This document shows positions 1-11,199 of a stretch of 64,000 nucleotides of DNA, one piece after another. A model generated the notes under the pieces. It did not search any database. It saw only the letters and a list, made by a program, of their open reading frames with translations, and was not told where the DNA came from. Origin of the DNA: Eledone cirrhosa (taxonomy: Eukaryota); NCBI GenBank assembly GCA_964016885.1, contig OZ024744.1:95170001-95234000 (forward strand). The letters run 5' to 3'. Position numbers and translations under genes: made by a program. Position 1 is the first letter of the stretch; the number at the start of each line of letters is the position of its first letter.

Positions 1-1
1 A

Positions 2-862
2 TTTATTGGCTCCATCAAATTCAAATCTCACTTGCAAAAACTCCCAGAAAATATTAGATTGTCATACATAAGAGAATTACACCCTGAAGATAGGGATTTT
101 TATTCTGAGTTGAATGATTCTCTGGAATATCCTCTGATGCAGCCAATTTTCCACAAGACTGGACCATCCAACCACCAACACCAATACCCATTCCAAATTC
201 CTCACCCTTACAATTCAAACTATCGAGATGGTCAACAATCAGAAATGTTTGGTGTTTTTCCGCAGCAAATTATTGCTCAAATATTGCGACTTGAAGATGG
301 ATATAGGCTGAGAGCGCCGGCTGTTGAACAGTTAAGAGCAATTCTTTCAAGACAAGAAATCGATAAGATGAGTACTCCAGATATGTTATCCTTCATTAGT
401 TTTGTAGATGAATTACTTGATGATCCCAACTTTAAAATAACAACTATTGCACTTGAGATTTTACGTATTCTTGTGGTAAAACTTGAGCAAGAGTCTGAAC
501 ATTTCCTGAAGCCTCTTGTATCAACTCTGGCTAGCCGACTGGGCAATAACAAGATTGTCATTAGGCAAGGCATTATGAGAGTGACCAAACAACTGATGCA
601 CAATGCCACACCTAAGCTTGTACTGAGGGAGATGCTTGACAACCTGCGCCATAAAACCTCCCGAGTACGGCATGAAATGGTTAATATCTTAATTGCAGCT
701 CTGCTAACGTTTCCAAGTTATGAATTTGATTTGTATGCATTGTGTAAGGAGATTGTACCCCTATTGACGGACACAAAACGAAATGTAAGGCGTGCTGCAT
801 TAGAATGTGTTGCGGTTATTGCACAGGCAATGGGACAAGAAAGACTCCAACCTTTGTTTAAG
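2..862 (+). CDS. TOGARAM1: TOG array regulator of axonemal microtubules 1 (crescerin/FAM179B) exon, 5'-incomplete: end of TOG1, linker and TOG2 HEAT repeats
   Basis: Frame is open from base 2 (FIGSIKFKSHLQKLPENIRLSY...). Motifs FGVFPQ, LLDDPNFK, LGNNKIVIRQ, LRHKTSRVR, LLTFPSYEFDL and DTKRNVRRAALE...LFK match my recollection of vertebrate TOGARAM1 TOG2 (LLDDSNFK, LADNKLVIKQ, LKHKHSRVR, LLTYPSEDFDL, DSKRRVRQAALE). Homology stops at a GT donor. Confidence 0.9.
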
Positions 863-868
863 GTATGT
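860..868 (+). other. 5' splice donor AAG|GTATGT (phase 0)
   Basis: Canonical donor at 863 exactly where protein homology ends; followed by (TG)/(TA) microsatellite. Confidence 0.85.
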
Positions 869-1126
869 ATATGTGTGTGCGTGTATATATATATATATAT
901 ATAAATGAATTATCATTGCCATAGAATAAGTTATTATTGTGTGTTATATAATGTACTTCATAAAAAAAGAATATATATATGTATTTGATTCATTGACTCT
1001 CTAAAACCTTTGAATTCAAACTAGTACTCTAATTGGATGATTTGATTTTAACATAGCTTCAACATTCCCAAAAGACACTGTGACATTCCTGTTAAAGTCT
1101 AATATATACAAATTATAAATCAGTAT

Positions 1127-1343
1127 TTAACCCTTTAGCATTTACATTACTCTATATATGCTATTGTATTTTTTGCGGTAAAGGCTTTATCTCACATAAT
1201 ATTGAATCTATGAGATTTTGATATTATTTATTTGGGAACAATACCTTAACGTCAGTATGAGTGGCTGGTTACGGCCAGTTTGAACAGAAAGAGGTAAGAG
1301 AATTTTGGCTGGACACAGCTGGTTTAAATGCTAAAAGGGTTGG
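1127..1343. mobile_element. piggyBac-type MITE (family A, ~210 bp)
   Basis: TTAA|CCCTTTAGCATTTA ... TAAATGCTAAAAGGG|TTgg inverted termini; homologous copies at 29125-29338 and 36211-37397. Confidence 0.75.
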
Positions 1344-1629
1344 TTGTTTTTTTTTTTTCAGGCTTTGTCAAATTAATTTTATTGCATAAAGGAAAAACTG
1401 TGGTTACATGTTTTTGGCAACAATATTCATCAGATAAGGAGGGAATAAACGAAGAGAGTTTATGAAATAGTAAGATCGTTAAATACAAAAGTTTCACTAT
1501 CTTATCAAAAAATTAAAAAAATGCAAACAAACAAGTATTTGAAGTAAAAGTACTTCAACAATACCAGCTTTGCAATCTACTGTCCCTTATTTTGTCAAAA
1601 AATTATGAACCAGTTAAATATATTCTGTA

Positions 1630-1995
1630 AACTGGTAGTGCTGGTGCCACAATAAAATGCACCCTGCACATGTTGTAAAGTGGTGAGGCTTGTGCCATGA
1701 TAAAATCTATCCTGTGCACACTGTAAAGTGGTAGTGCTGGTGACACAACAAAAAGAACCCAGTCCACCCAATATGGAGGTAGTGCTGGAGTCGTGATAAA
1801 AATCTCCCAGTACATGCTGTAAAGTAGTTGGTGTTTGGAAGGACACCCAGTCACAGAAAACCAAATCAAAATTGAAACGTAGGAGCAGGAGATGGTCAGC
1901 TGTCTAGTCTAGTCACAGAATGTAACAACCCATCTGATCTATGCAAGCATGGAAAAGAGACATTTTTGGTGGTGGTGGTGATGGTGATGATAATG
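1630..1995 (+). mobile_element. Degenerate RTE/SINE 3' tail with 4-5 diverged ~48-bp subrepeats
   Basis: Repeated AAAA.CACCC.G...CTGTAAAGTGG motif, followed by AAGCATGGAAAA and a GGT/GAT tail, as in the RTE copy at 36293-37214. Confidence 0.6.
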
Positions 1996-2204
1996 ATTTT
2001 CAATTGCAGGTGTTGCTAGTCTTGGGACCGAATATTACTTTTTCATATTTTATCACTTCCAGTTAAACAAATTTTGTCTGGCTACTTCCTCTTTTCACTG
2101 GTCATTATAAAGACTTCATGTGACCTTGGATCCTTTGTAAAATTGGAATGACAGCAAACTTGCAAGGTGGGGTGGTTGTTGCAGCGGGTGTTGCTGGCCA
2201 TTGC

Positions 2205-2300
2205 CATTTCCCTCCATGGGGCACAGCCGAAACACCAATCTGACTTAGGTGTAGAGTCCGTCACGCTCTCTCCCCTTCTCCCCTTTCTTTGTTTGCTTAA
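2205..2300 (+). repeat. Interspersed repeat with hammerhead-ribozyme-like relic
   Basis: GGC-ACA-GCC-GAAA-CACC...GGTG-TA-GAGTCC; homologous to 31905-32005. CUGANGA core is not intact. Confidence 0.35.
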
Positions 2301-2640
2301 TAATCCTTGCCCTTTCCATCCTTTTCCTTTGTTTTTTTTATTAGCTAGTCCTACCAACATTGTAGAAAATAAGAAAGTAAAATGTCTTTTAATTTTAAGA
2401 AATTGTAAATTAAAAGACATTGCTAAATAAAATTATGCCTTGCTACAATAATAGTCTATATTTTTAAACAAATTACAAATATAAACATGCAGCTGATATT
2501 AGAAACTGAAATATTTTCACAGAAGTTATTGAATATTTGAAATAGTTAATCTGTTGGCAGGGTGAGGATGGGGTACAGTTATTTTTACAGTTCTTTTTTG
2601 CTATGCCATAATCTATTACTATAATATAACACACTGTATA

Positions 2641-2803
2641 TGTGGTTGGCATTAGGAGGGGTATCCAGCCATAGAAACCAAGCCCAAATCAGTTCTGTAT
2701 AAGCAAGACACGATCACCTGACCCAACTTGCCTCAAATGGGACAACCCATCTAACCCATGCTAGCTTGCAAAGTGGATGTTAAACGATGATGGTGATGAT
2801 GAT
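2641..2803 (+). mobile_element. RTE-type 3' tail fragment
   Basis: GTGGTTGGCATTAGGAGGGGTATCCAGCC...CTAACCCATGCTAGC...GTTAAACGATGATG matches the 3' ends at 8050-8215 and 37040-37214. Confidence 0.75.
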
Positions 2804-2984
2804 AACAAATAACCAACATTACATAACTATTCTGTTAAATGCTAAATTGCATTTTGTTGGAGGTCTTTTCAATTTATCGGTCTAATTATTCATTTATACT
2901 CCATTTTGTTTGAAATGCCCCCACCCCACCCCCACTCCCTAGTGGTACTAATACAAACATCATAATTTGGTATTAGTATCTTGT

Positions 2985-3421
2985 TTCTTCATGACCATAT
3001 TTCTAATGAAATTCACCCTATTTTGTTTAATTAATAAGTCGTTTCTGATTTAGGCACAAGGCCAACAATTTTGAGGGAGGGGGAAAGTCGATTAAATCGA
3101 CTCCAGTGCGTCACTGGTACTTTATTTTATCGACCCCCTTTAAGGATCAAAGGTAAAGCTAATCGCTGCGGGATTTGAACTCAGAACATAAAGGGCCGTA
3201 ACTCTATGCTGCAAAGCATGCTTTCCGATGCTCTACCAATACAGAAAAATATTTAGGGATTTACTAAAACTATTACTTATTAATTATTTCATTACTAGGA
3301 TAGTAACTTAATGTAAGGTTCTTATATAAAATTTTGTTTGAATTATAAACCTTTAAAATAGGTGGTTTTATTTCATAGAGTCCAGAGCCAGTTTTGGCCA
3401 GATTGGTAACAAAAGGGTTAA
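2985..3421. mobile_element. piggyBac-type MITE (family B), degenerate, interrupted by a SINE
   Basis: Right end GGTAACAAAAGGG|TTAA at ~3405-3421; related sequence starts TTAACCTTTTTGACACC at ~56058. Left boundary approximate. Confidence 0.4.
3038..3240 (-). mobile_element. SINE with Deu/Nin-like central domain
   Basis: Reverse complement carries GAGTTCAAATCCC (B-box-like) and CCTTT.ATCCTT...GGGGTCGATAAAATAAAGTACCAG, shared with the copy at 60750-60963. Confidence 0.75.
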
Positions 3422-3758
3422 TCAACACAACAACTTTATGGAACAAATATTACATCTTTTTCAATATCGCAGACCATTTGCTGTGGATGGAATTCAAATT
3501 TTCCTTTGTTGCTGTATTTTGAGAAATACTGGAAAAGAAGAAATTGTAGTTTCTTTGTTTATGCCCAAAATTAAACAATGAACCTGTACCCCACTCAACT
3601 ACCCGACCCCTCCTAATTTAAAGACACACAGAACTTACTAACAGCTGATTCAGTTTCTGAATAACACACACTTATATATCACTATTCTCACAACTCTATA
3701 TATGATACAACTGTAGTTACAATTGGCTGGAAGTATTTTTTGAAATATTCAATCACAG

Positions 3759-3795
<37 letters not shown>

Positions 3796-4199
3796 GCATA
3801 TGTGTGTGTATAAAGCTATGCTTGAAGCGAAGTCTTATTTCTATTCTATTATAAGTTGAGCTAACTTATGCAGCTTCATATGCAAATGAGATTAATCCCC
3901 TCATTTACACAGACAAGAAAACTATATATTCTCGACTGTTTTCAAGTCCAGCAGACGCAAGCGGTGGGAGGGACTGTTCTGAGGAAGGCCAGTCAAGCAT
4001 GAAATGCATAGACGGTTGTCTCCCTTGCTTCTGCTGGACACCACCAGAGGGCGTTAGCCCCGGTGTTTGCATAGCTACGGCTTCGTAAATATATATATAT
4101 ATATATACACATGTGTGTGTGTGTTTAACAGTCTACCCTCTTAGGTAGTAATAGTGGAGCCATAATATGTACCTGGTATAGCCACAGAATCTATGCCAA

Positions 4200-5140
4200 A
4201 ATGGCACATGTGAGCAAGACATGTTTCGCCTCAGAACATGTCATCTGGTCATCTAGTTGTTCCTCCAGCCTCACTGCAATGGGCCACTATGCTCTTCCAT
4301 CATTCATCTGTCTCTGGCAAGGGTTGGTGCTTGAAACCAGTTTATCCCACACCTGCACAGGACATCTGGTAGATCTCCAGAGTCTTCTTTGGTCTTTTCT
4401 CCACCAGCTGGTAACCATGACATTACAGTTCTTGCTGGTGTATTGTCCCCTATTTGTAGGACATGCTCTGCCAGCTGCATTCTTCTGCTCTTGATGACAA
4501 GACTCAGGCATATGGCATTGGCTTTTCAAAGCACATCTTTGTTTGTTATCTTGTCTTTCTATTTAATGTCCAAAGTCTTTTGAAGACATATTTGTTGGAA
4601 AATATCAAGCTGTTTTTCAGTTCTGGAGGTACTCTTTCCTATTGATTTCATATAATTCACTGCAGGCAACTTTCTGTATTTTTGTTTTTGATATATTTAC
4701 TCTCGAGCCAACCCTTACAATTGTTTCAATCAGGGCATTTGTCATTGTCTGTATTTCTGTGTAATTGTTGGTGAGAAGGACCAAGTCATCAGTAAAGTCT
4801 AAATCTTCCCCCATTTTAAACCATGTCCACAGATACCCAAGGACTTTCTCAGAATGTAATCCAAGATTATCAAAGAAAAAGAATGGCTATAGGAAGCATC
4901 CCTGTTGCATTCCCAATAAGATTTAAAAAACAAAACTCAATAAATCCTGATTCTGTTTTTAACCAGTCTTGATAAAATGATTTTAAAATCTTGATATAGT
5001 GATCAGGGACACCATATATCTGGAGGATCTTCTAGAGTGACTGGTGGTGTACACTATCAAAGGCTTTATTGACATCAACATAATTTATCACTACTGGAAT
5101 TCTATACTCCAGTGATTGCTTGATAAAGTTCCTTAGTGTG
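4200..5140 (-). mobile_element. Decayed RTE-clade LINE fragment (RT domain)
   Basis: Minus-strand peptides YVDVNKAFDSV, EDLDFTDDLVLL (FADD motif) and RVNISKTKI; many stops and frameshifts. Confidence 0.75.
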
Positions 5141-5296
5141 AACTATATCTTGTCCTAAGCTGGGTTGAGAAGGGAGGAAGGTTGGTCATAGGGCCAGTAC
5201 CCCTAACCCGTAAAATGACTCATTCACTACAGAAACCACAATGAGTTTTAAAAATCTTGAAGAAAACTATCATGGGATCAAGGGATCAATTCAACA

Positions 5297-6822
5297 TCTA
5301 CTATATAAATGGCAATTTCTATCTATCTGTCTATAAGCAGTTGGCACCTACACCAGTGATCCGATCCCGATGAAACTTTACATACATGTTAAGCTGATAT
5401 TCAGAAACAGGACTGGCTAATTGGATTTCAATTGATTGCCCATCTCTGAACAGTTTGCAGGAGATCAATGTTCTGAGCAAGATAGGGGTTCCAGGCTGGT
5501 GATGCAAATTCTAAGTGTGTCTGCCCCATAGATATATACAGCTTCAAATAGATAGCTGGAGAGCAGCTGACAAAGGTCTTGCTGAGTTATGCCAAGACAC
5601 CCTCAGTGTTTAGTTTCGAATAACTAATATTTGCATCATTCAATGTATAAACGTTTCCAGGATTATCTATTAGTGTTTTAATTTTTATTTTCTAAGTTAA
5701 TATTCAAATTACTTATTTCAAATTGGGCGTTGTAAAATGGATTTCAATAAAAATCAATAATGGAACCCATGGGGACATCTTTACAATGGAGGAGGAAAGA
5801 GGAGACGTTTCAGTGAGAGAGGGGGAAGAGGAGATACTACTACTGTATGTTAAACGCTCCCTCCCATTACTCGCCTTCCTCCTCCCACAACTCAGTCCTC
5901 CAAAACAAGGCAACAACTTATTAGAAATATACATAAAGAAATTTCAAACAAAGCAGATGACAATCTAATTTTGGTTGACAACTGAATAGATGCCTCTGTA
6001 TATAAATATATATATATATCACATTCACCAATATTCACACGCTTAAGTCATATTAAGGTCAACTGCAGCAATCGGTGATAAGTGAGATTAGTCCGAAGAA
6101 TAAAGCCCAAATCGTATGTTGACGAATATTCGTACGCCCGGCATGTTAATTGTAACATGCCATCTTTGAGAGTAGAGTTTATTTTGTTGACATTTCGAGG
6201 TGCTGGATCGTGGGAAGATTAACACCAATTAAGATGTAACTTCTCCCCCATTATTGACACTTTGCAAGAGTGAACGTTACAAGGCCCTATTTAGGGCCAA
6301 CACTTCTGATTGTTTATCAGACTTATTATGGTGTGTTTTCTCGGGTTATGTCTACTATAGGGGGAAAAGAGGATGGTCTTATTGAATTGCTTCAATCATT
6401 CGAAGGGCTTTACAAACAGTGATATACAGGGTGCTTGAACAGTACCTGAATATCTTCACTAGGTTATAATTTCTTCAATAATTGCAATTACTTCCTCAGT
6501 TGTTCTGTGTTTGTTCTTGAGTGTTAAGGCAGTAAGTTTGCTTTTCTTATACATAAGTTTGTTGAATAAGTTTGATACTCTTCGAGTTCAAACTTCCCCG
6601 GCTTATTCACTCTGAATGGAGAAAGCTGGATGGAAGAAGAACTTATGACTTAAATAGCTATTGATAGTTCAACACAAAAAATTGATCTGCCATAAACACA
6701 CCTAGCAAAGGTTGCAATTGAAAATCCAGTATGAGCACCTAATGTCGCTAGCATTTTCTGGCGCACTCTGGGAACTGCAAATAACCCCACCTTTCCCGGG
6801 TATTAGCGGGTACTGCAGCTAG
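5297..6822 (+). mobile_element. Non-autonomous Helitron-like element (~1.5 kb)
   Basis: A|TCTACTATATAAA 5' end with (TCTA/TCTG) run; 3' CCCG-ggtattag-CGGG hairpin followed by CTAG|T; inserted between A and T with no TSD. Confidence 0.65.
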
Positions 6823-6848
6823 TATATATATATGTGTATATGTATATA

Positions 6849-8215
6849 TTCCTATACGCAGATGATCTAACTCTCATAGCTGAATCTATGGCTGAACTAG
6901 AGAAGAAATTCCAAACATGGAAGCATGGCCTAGAATCAAAAGGCCTTAAAGTTAACTTGTCTAAGACTAAAGTTCTAGTTTGTACAAAGGAAAATAGGGC
7001 ACAGGTGCCCTCAGAGAAATGACCATGCTCAGTCTGTAGGAAAGGAGTAGGTAGAAATTCCATTTTATGTCCCAACTGCAAACTATGGGTACATAAAAGA
7101 TGTAGTGGGATCACAGGTAAGCTATCTAAGAACATAGATTTTATATGTGGCCGATGCTCAGGTGCAATAAGTAGCAAGTGCCCACAGGATACTAGCTCCT
7201 TCTATTGCCCAGATGGTTCTATAGAAATAGTGGACACTTTCTGTAACCTGGGTGACAAAATCAGCAGTGGTGGAGGGTGCTCTGAAAGTACAGTAGTCAG
7301 AGTCAGAACAGGATGGAAAAAGTTCAGAGGGCTTATACCACTGTTGGCCACAAAAGGTTTCTCTCTAAAAATGAAAGGCAGATTGTATGATGCTTGTATA
7401 CGAACAGCAATGCTACATGGCAGTGAGACATGGGCATTGCGTGCAGAGGACCTGCGCAGACTGGAAAGGAACGAAGTATACATGCTCCGTTAGATGTGTA
7501 ATAGTAACATATGTGAAAGGCGAAGCATAAAAGAACTAAGTGAGAAATTAGGAATAAGAGGGATCAGATGCTGTTTACTTGAGAGAAGACTACGTTGGTA
7601 TGGCCACGTGATGCACATGAAAGACGACAGCTGTATAAAAATGCAGGGCGATCAAAATTGATGGAAGTTACAGAGTAGGTAGACCCAGAAAAGCCTGGGA
7701 TGATTTGATAAATTCCGACCTTACACACTTGCACCTCTCTAAGACAATGTCACTGGACCGAGATCTTTGGCGCTACGCAGTAATACAGAAGACCCACCTT
7801 GCCTATGTACAAAGCGGAACCTACAGTCAGTAGGCACCTCTTAACCAAATATACACCCCAATCCACTACCCCTACTCTATCCTCCCACTCCCACCAACAC
7901 CACCCTCTCTCTGTAAAGTTGGTACCACAACATTCAGTCCAAATAAATGAGATCGAGATCGTGTAGGTGTCACGACAAAAAAGCACCTAGTCCACGCTGT
8001 AATGTGGCCGTGTAGGTAACATGGTAAAAAGTTCCCAGTCCACACTGTAAATGTGGTTGGTGTTAGGAAGGGCATCCAGCTGTAGAAAACCTGCCAGATT
8101 GTCCTATATGAGTGAGACATGGTCAACCGACTAACCTTGCCTCAAATGGGACAACTCCCGTCTAACCCATGCTGGCGTGGAAGATGGACGTTAAACGAAG
8201 ATGATGATGATGATG
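6849..8215 (+). mobile_element. 5'-truncated RTE LINE (RT C-terminal half, Cys-rich insert, 3'UTR, (GAT)n tail)
   Basis: FLYADDL, GLKVNLSKTKV, LHGSETW, RRLRWYGHV, GRPRK; in-frame stops at 7020 and 7491; possible TSD TGTATATAT on both flanks. Confidence 0.9.
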
Positions 8216-8242
8216 TATATATACACATCTATACATTTATAT

Positions 8243-8273
<31 letters not shown>

Positions 8274-8471
8274 CATACATATACTTACATTCAAGTGTGA
8301 GACTACATATGGTCTGTCTGGGACATCAGTAGAGCCCCACTTCAGTACTGGCTGTTTGTAAAGACCTGTCCAACCCTTGCAAGTAAGAAAAGCAGACATT
8401 AAATGACGGTAATGATGGCACACACACTCACACACACATATTTATCATAATAATTTCAAATATGCATGTAA

Positions 8472-8630
8472 AGTGCAGGCATGATTGTGTGTTTATATGG
8501 TTCACTTTTAATTGACATGGTTTTGGGTTCAAATCCTATGCATGTCCCCTTAGACTAGTGTCTTCTACTGTTGCATGTGAATTTTATTAACAGAAACTGT
8601 GTGGAAGCCCATCATATATGTGTGTGTATG
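8472..8630 (+). mobile_element. Degenerate tRNA-derived SINE (third family)
   Basis: A-box-like 5' segment and GGGTTCAAATCC B-box, followed by GTGTCTTCTACT...GAAACTG...GAAGCCC and a (TG)n tail. Confidence 0.45.
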
Positions 8631-8819
8631 TCTATACATTGACACTGTTTCAGTGGTGTCATTTATTTAAGTCATGCAGCTTTGGGGTTTGATGAAGATT
8701 AGGTGAACAGGTGCCAAACTCAAAAATAAAGTAAGGCACCCAGCCAAGAATACTGCTCCCATAAAGTCTTGTCCAACATATGCCAGCAGGGAAAAGCTAA
8801 AAACAGATGTAAAAGTACT

Positions 8820-10772
8820 AATGACATTGATGAGTAAACAACGTCCACTTTTTTTTCAATGCTGGCAAGGGTTGGATGGATCAACAAAGACTTAGTATTT
8901 AATCAGACCTCCCACACAGGTCAAAAGCCCTGTACTACTCACAAGTATTCAAGTTTGGTTATGGTTTCTACAATTGGATCACCTTACTGCCACTGGTTAT
9001 TTTACAGAGTGTATTGGGTACATTTTATCATGGTACCAATATTAGGGATATTTTCATATCCTTGACACAACTGTAGAGTCTGATAAGCCTTTTGATTATC
9101 ATAGTTTCTACGGCCGGAAGCCCTTCATATCACCTTCCTCTATACAGAGTGCACTGGGTGCATTTTGTCATGACATTAGATATTTCCTTTATTTCTTTTT
9201 CCCTCGACTTTGGAATAATCTTTTTGAACATATTTAATAAACCTTGAACAAAACATGATCATTAGTATAGCTTCTACAAAAAGTAAAGAAAACAACATTA
9301 TTAGGCAAAGTCCACACTAATTTTCAATTATGTATTTTAAAAGAATAACTAGTGGACCCATAGCATCAATAGTGATGCCAATGGTGTTGAATGTATTTAA
9401 TTTTGGAGTCTAGATTTTGGTTGACATATATACCAGGATTACAGGAGAAACTATATAGTCTATGTTGTTTACTGACATTGGAAGTGATTAAAGATAAAAA
9501 TGATATTTTAATAATTTATGTCTAGGATATAATTACATAAATGTTCAGCATGTATGTACAAATGACATACAGGATTAAATGTATGGGTAATTGTGGTGAC
9601 ATAACTATTTTCAGGAACAAATGTAGGGTTAGAACCCTGGACCTTGTGATTGGCATGCAAGCTTCTTATTGTTTTAACATAACTGATATAGGAAATGTAA
9701 TGTATGTCTGTGTAAATTTTAAAGAGTTACAGACAGAGACATATATAAATATACAAATACATGTTTGGGTTGTAAGGACCCTTTAGTTTTATCAAGAACA
9801 TGACAGCCTCCCAAGTGCTGGTGATTTACATGATAAAAGCACCCATGCTGTAAAGTGGATGGTAATAGGAAGGGCATCCAGCCATAGAAAGCTTGTAGAA
9901 CAAGAGTTAGGAGGGCCCTTCAGTTTGTGTCAATGACATGACAACTTCTTTGCATTCGATATGACCGTACCTGATACAGACCCCTCGGCCTGTCTGGGAA
10001 GTCAGTAGTCCTGCTTCAGTACTGACTTGATCTATGTTGATCTGACCAACTCTTGCTAGCCGGGAATGCTGATGATGATGATGTGTCATAGTATTATGGT
10101 TGATGCTATGTGCAACTTTCTCACAGTGATACACACACAAATAAACTGAATGTTTAAGTGCACATTTGAAACACTAACCTCACATGTTGTAGCATGTCTG
10201 TTAGAGTTATAACTTTGAAAAAAAAACAGAGTATAGGGGACATTATAGTCCAAAACAGACACACTTCTGGTAAGTATGACAAAATACACCCATAAACATG
10301 CTGTATAGATTTTTGGCAATAAAAAGAGCATCCAACCATAAGGAGCTTGCTGTCTTTCAAAAAAATAAAATAATAAAATGTCATACAAAACAGCAGCTAT
10401 TTATTGTGTATCACATAAGGAATGACCATAACAGATGTGCCCAACTCATGCCAGCAGAGAAAAACAGATGTAAAATGATGATGATGATGTGTAACTGAAA
10501 ATATAAGCAATTTTCATACCCAGCCCACCCTATAAGGTGGTAGTGCTGGTGTTTGGATAAAATGCACCCAGTACACTTTGTAAAGTGGTTGGTGTTAGGA
10601 CAGGCATCCAGCTGTAGAAAGTATGCTAAAATGGAACATATGAGCAAGATATGGTCATCTGATAAGTCTAGTCGTGCACCGTGTGAACCTGTCCGACCCA
10701 TGCCAGCAGGGGAAATAGAAAATAGAACGGTGATTATGGTGATTATGGTGATTATAATGATGATGATGATGA
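8820..10772. mobile_element. Cluster of old RTE/SINE tail relics in both orientations
   Basis: Recurrent GCACCCAGTACAC..TGTAAAGTGG, GGGCATCCAGC and CCATGCCAGC..GAAA motifs with (GAT)n tails at ~8850-9170 (-), 9830-10085 (+) and 10540-10772 (+). Confidence 0.6.
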
Positions 10773-11199
10773 TTTCAACCTTGAAGATGCAATGGAATTT
10801 TGATGTAAATCTATCTATAAACTGTGCACCTACTTAAAACATGTGCATCAAACTATTTCTACTTGTTGCACAGACTGTGAACGTGCATGAAAGGGAGTGC
10901 TGCTTACAAGCAATGTCAATTAACTCTTAATGGCGTGTACCCAAAAGCATAACTAGGGTATGTCACATGCTACAGGCACCACTTAGACGAGGAGCACATT
11001 CTATTAAAGTCAGATAAGCTATCATCGGAGAGTGGGGAAAAAAAGAAACTGTATGATCTGTCTATGATTAACATGGCGGAGAGCACTGATGGCTGGATTA
11101 TTAAACCATTTATACAAATTATTAGGCTTTAAGTAATTTGGGCAGTGGTGGAATTTCACTGCTTACCATGGTTGCTGTGTTCCCTAGTAATGCCTTTTC

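Noticed and set aside
277-642. Minus-strand 121-aa ORF
   Set aside because: Antisense shadow of the TOGARAM1 exon.
863-904. C-terminal [13 protein letters not shown] of ORF 32..904 and its TTG start
   Set aside because: Read-through into intronic microsatellite past the donor; the frame is already open upstream of 32.
1995-2070. TTTTCAATTGCAG|G as acceptor of TOGARAM1 next exon
   Set aside because: Phase-0 reading hits TAA after 18 codons and has no TOG similarity.
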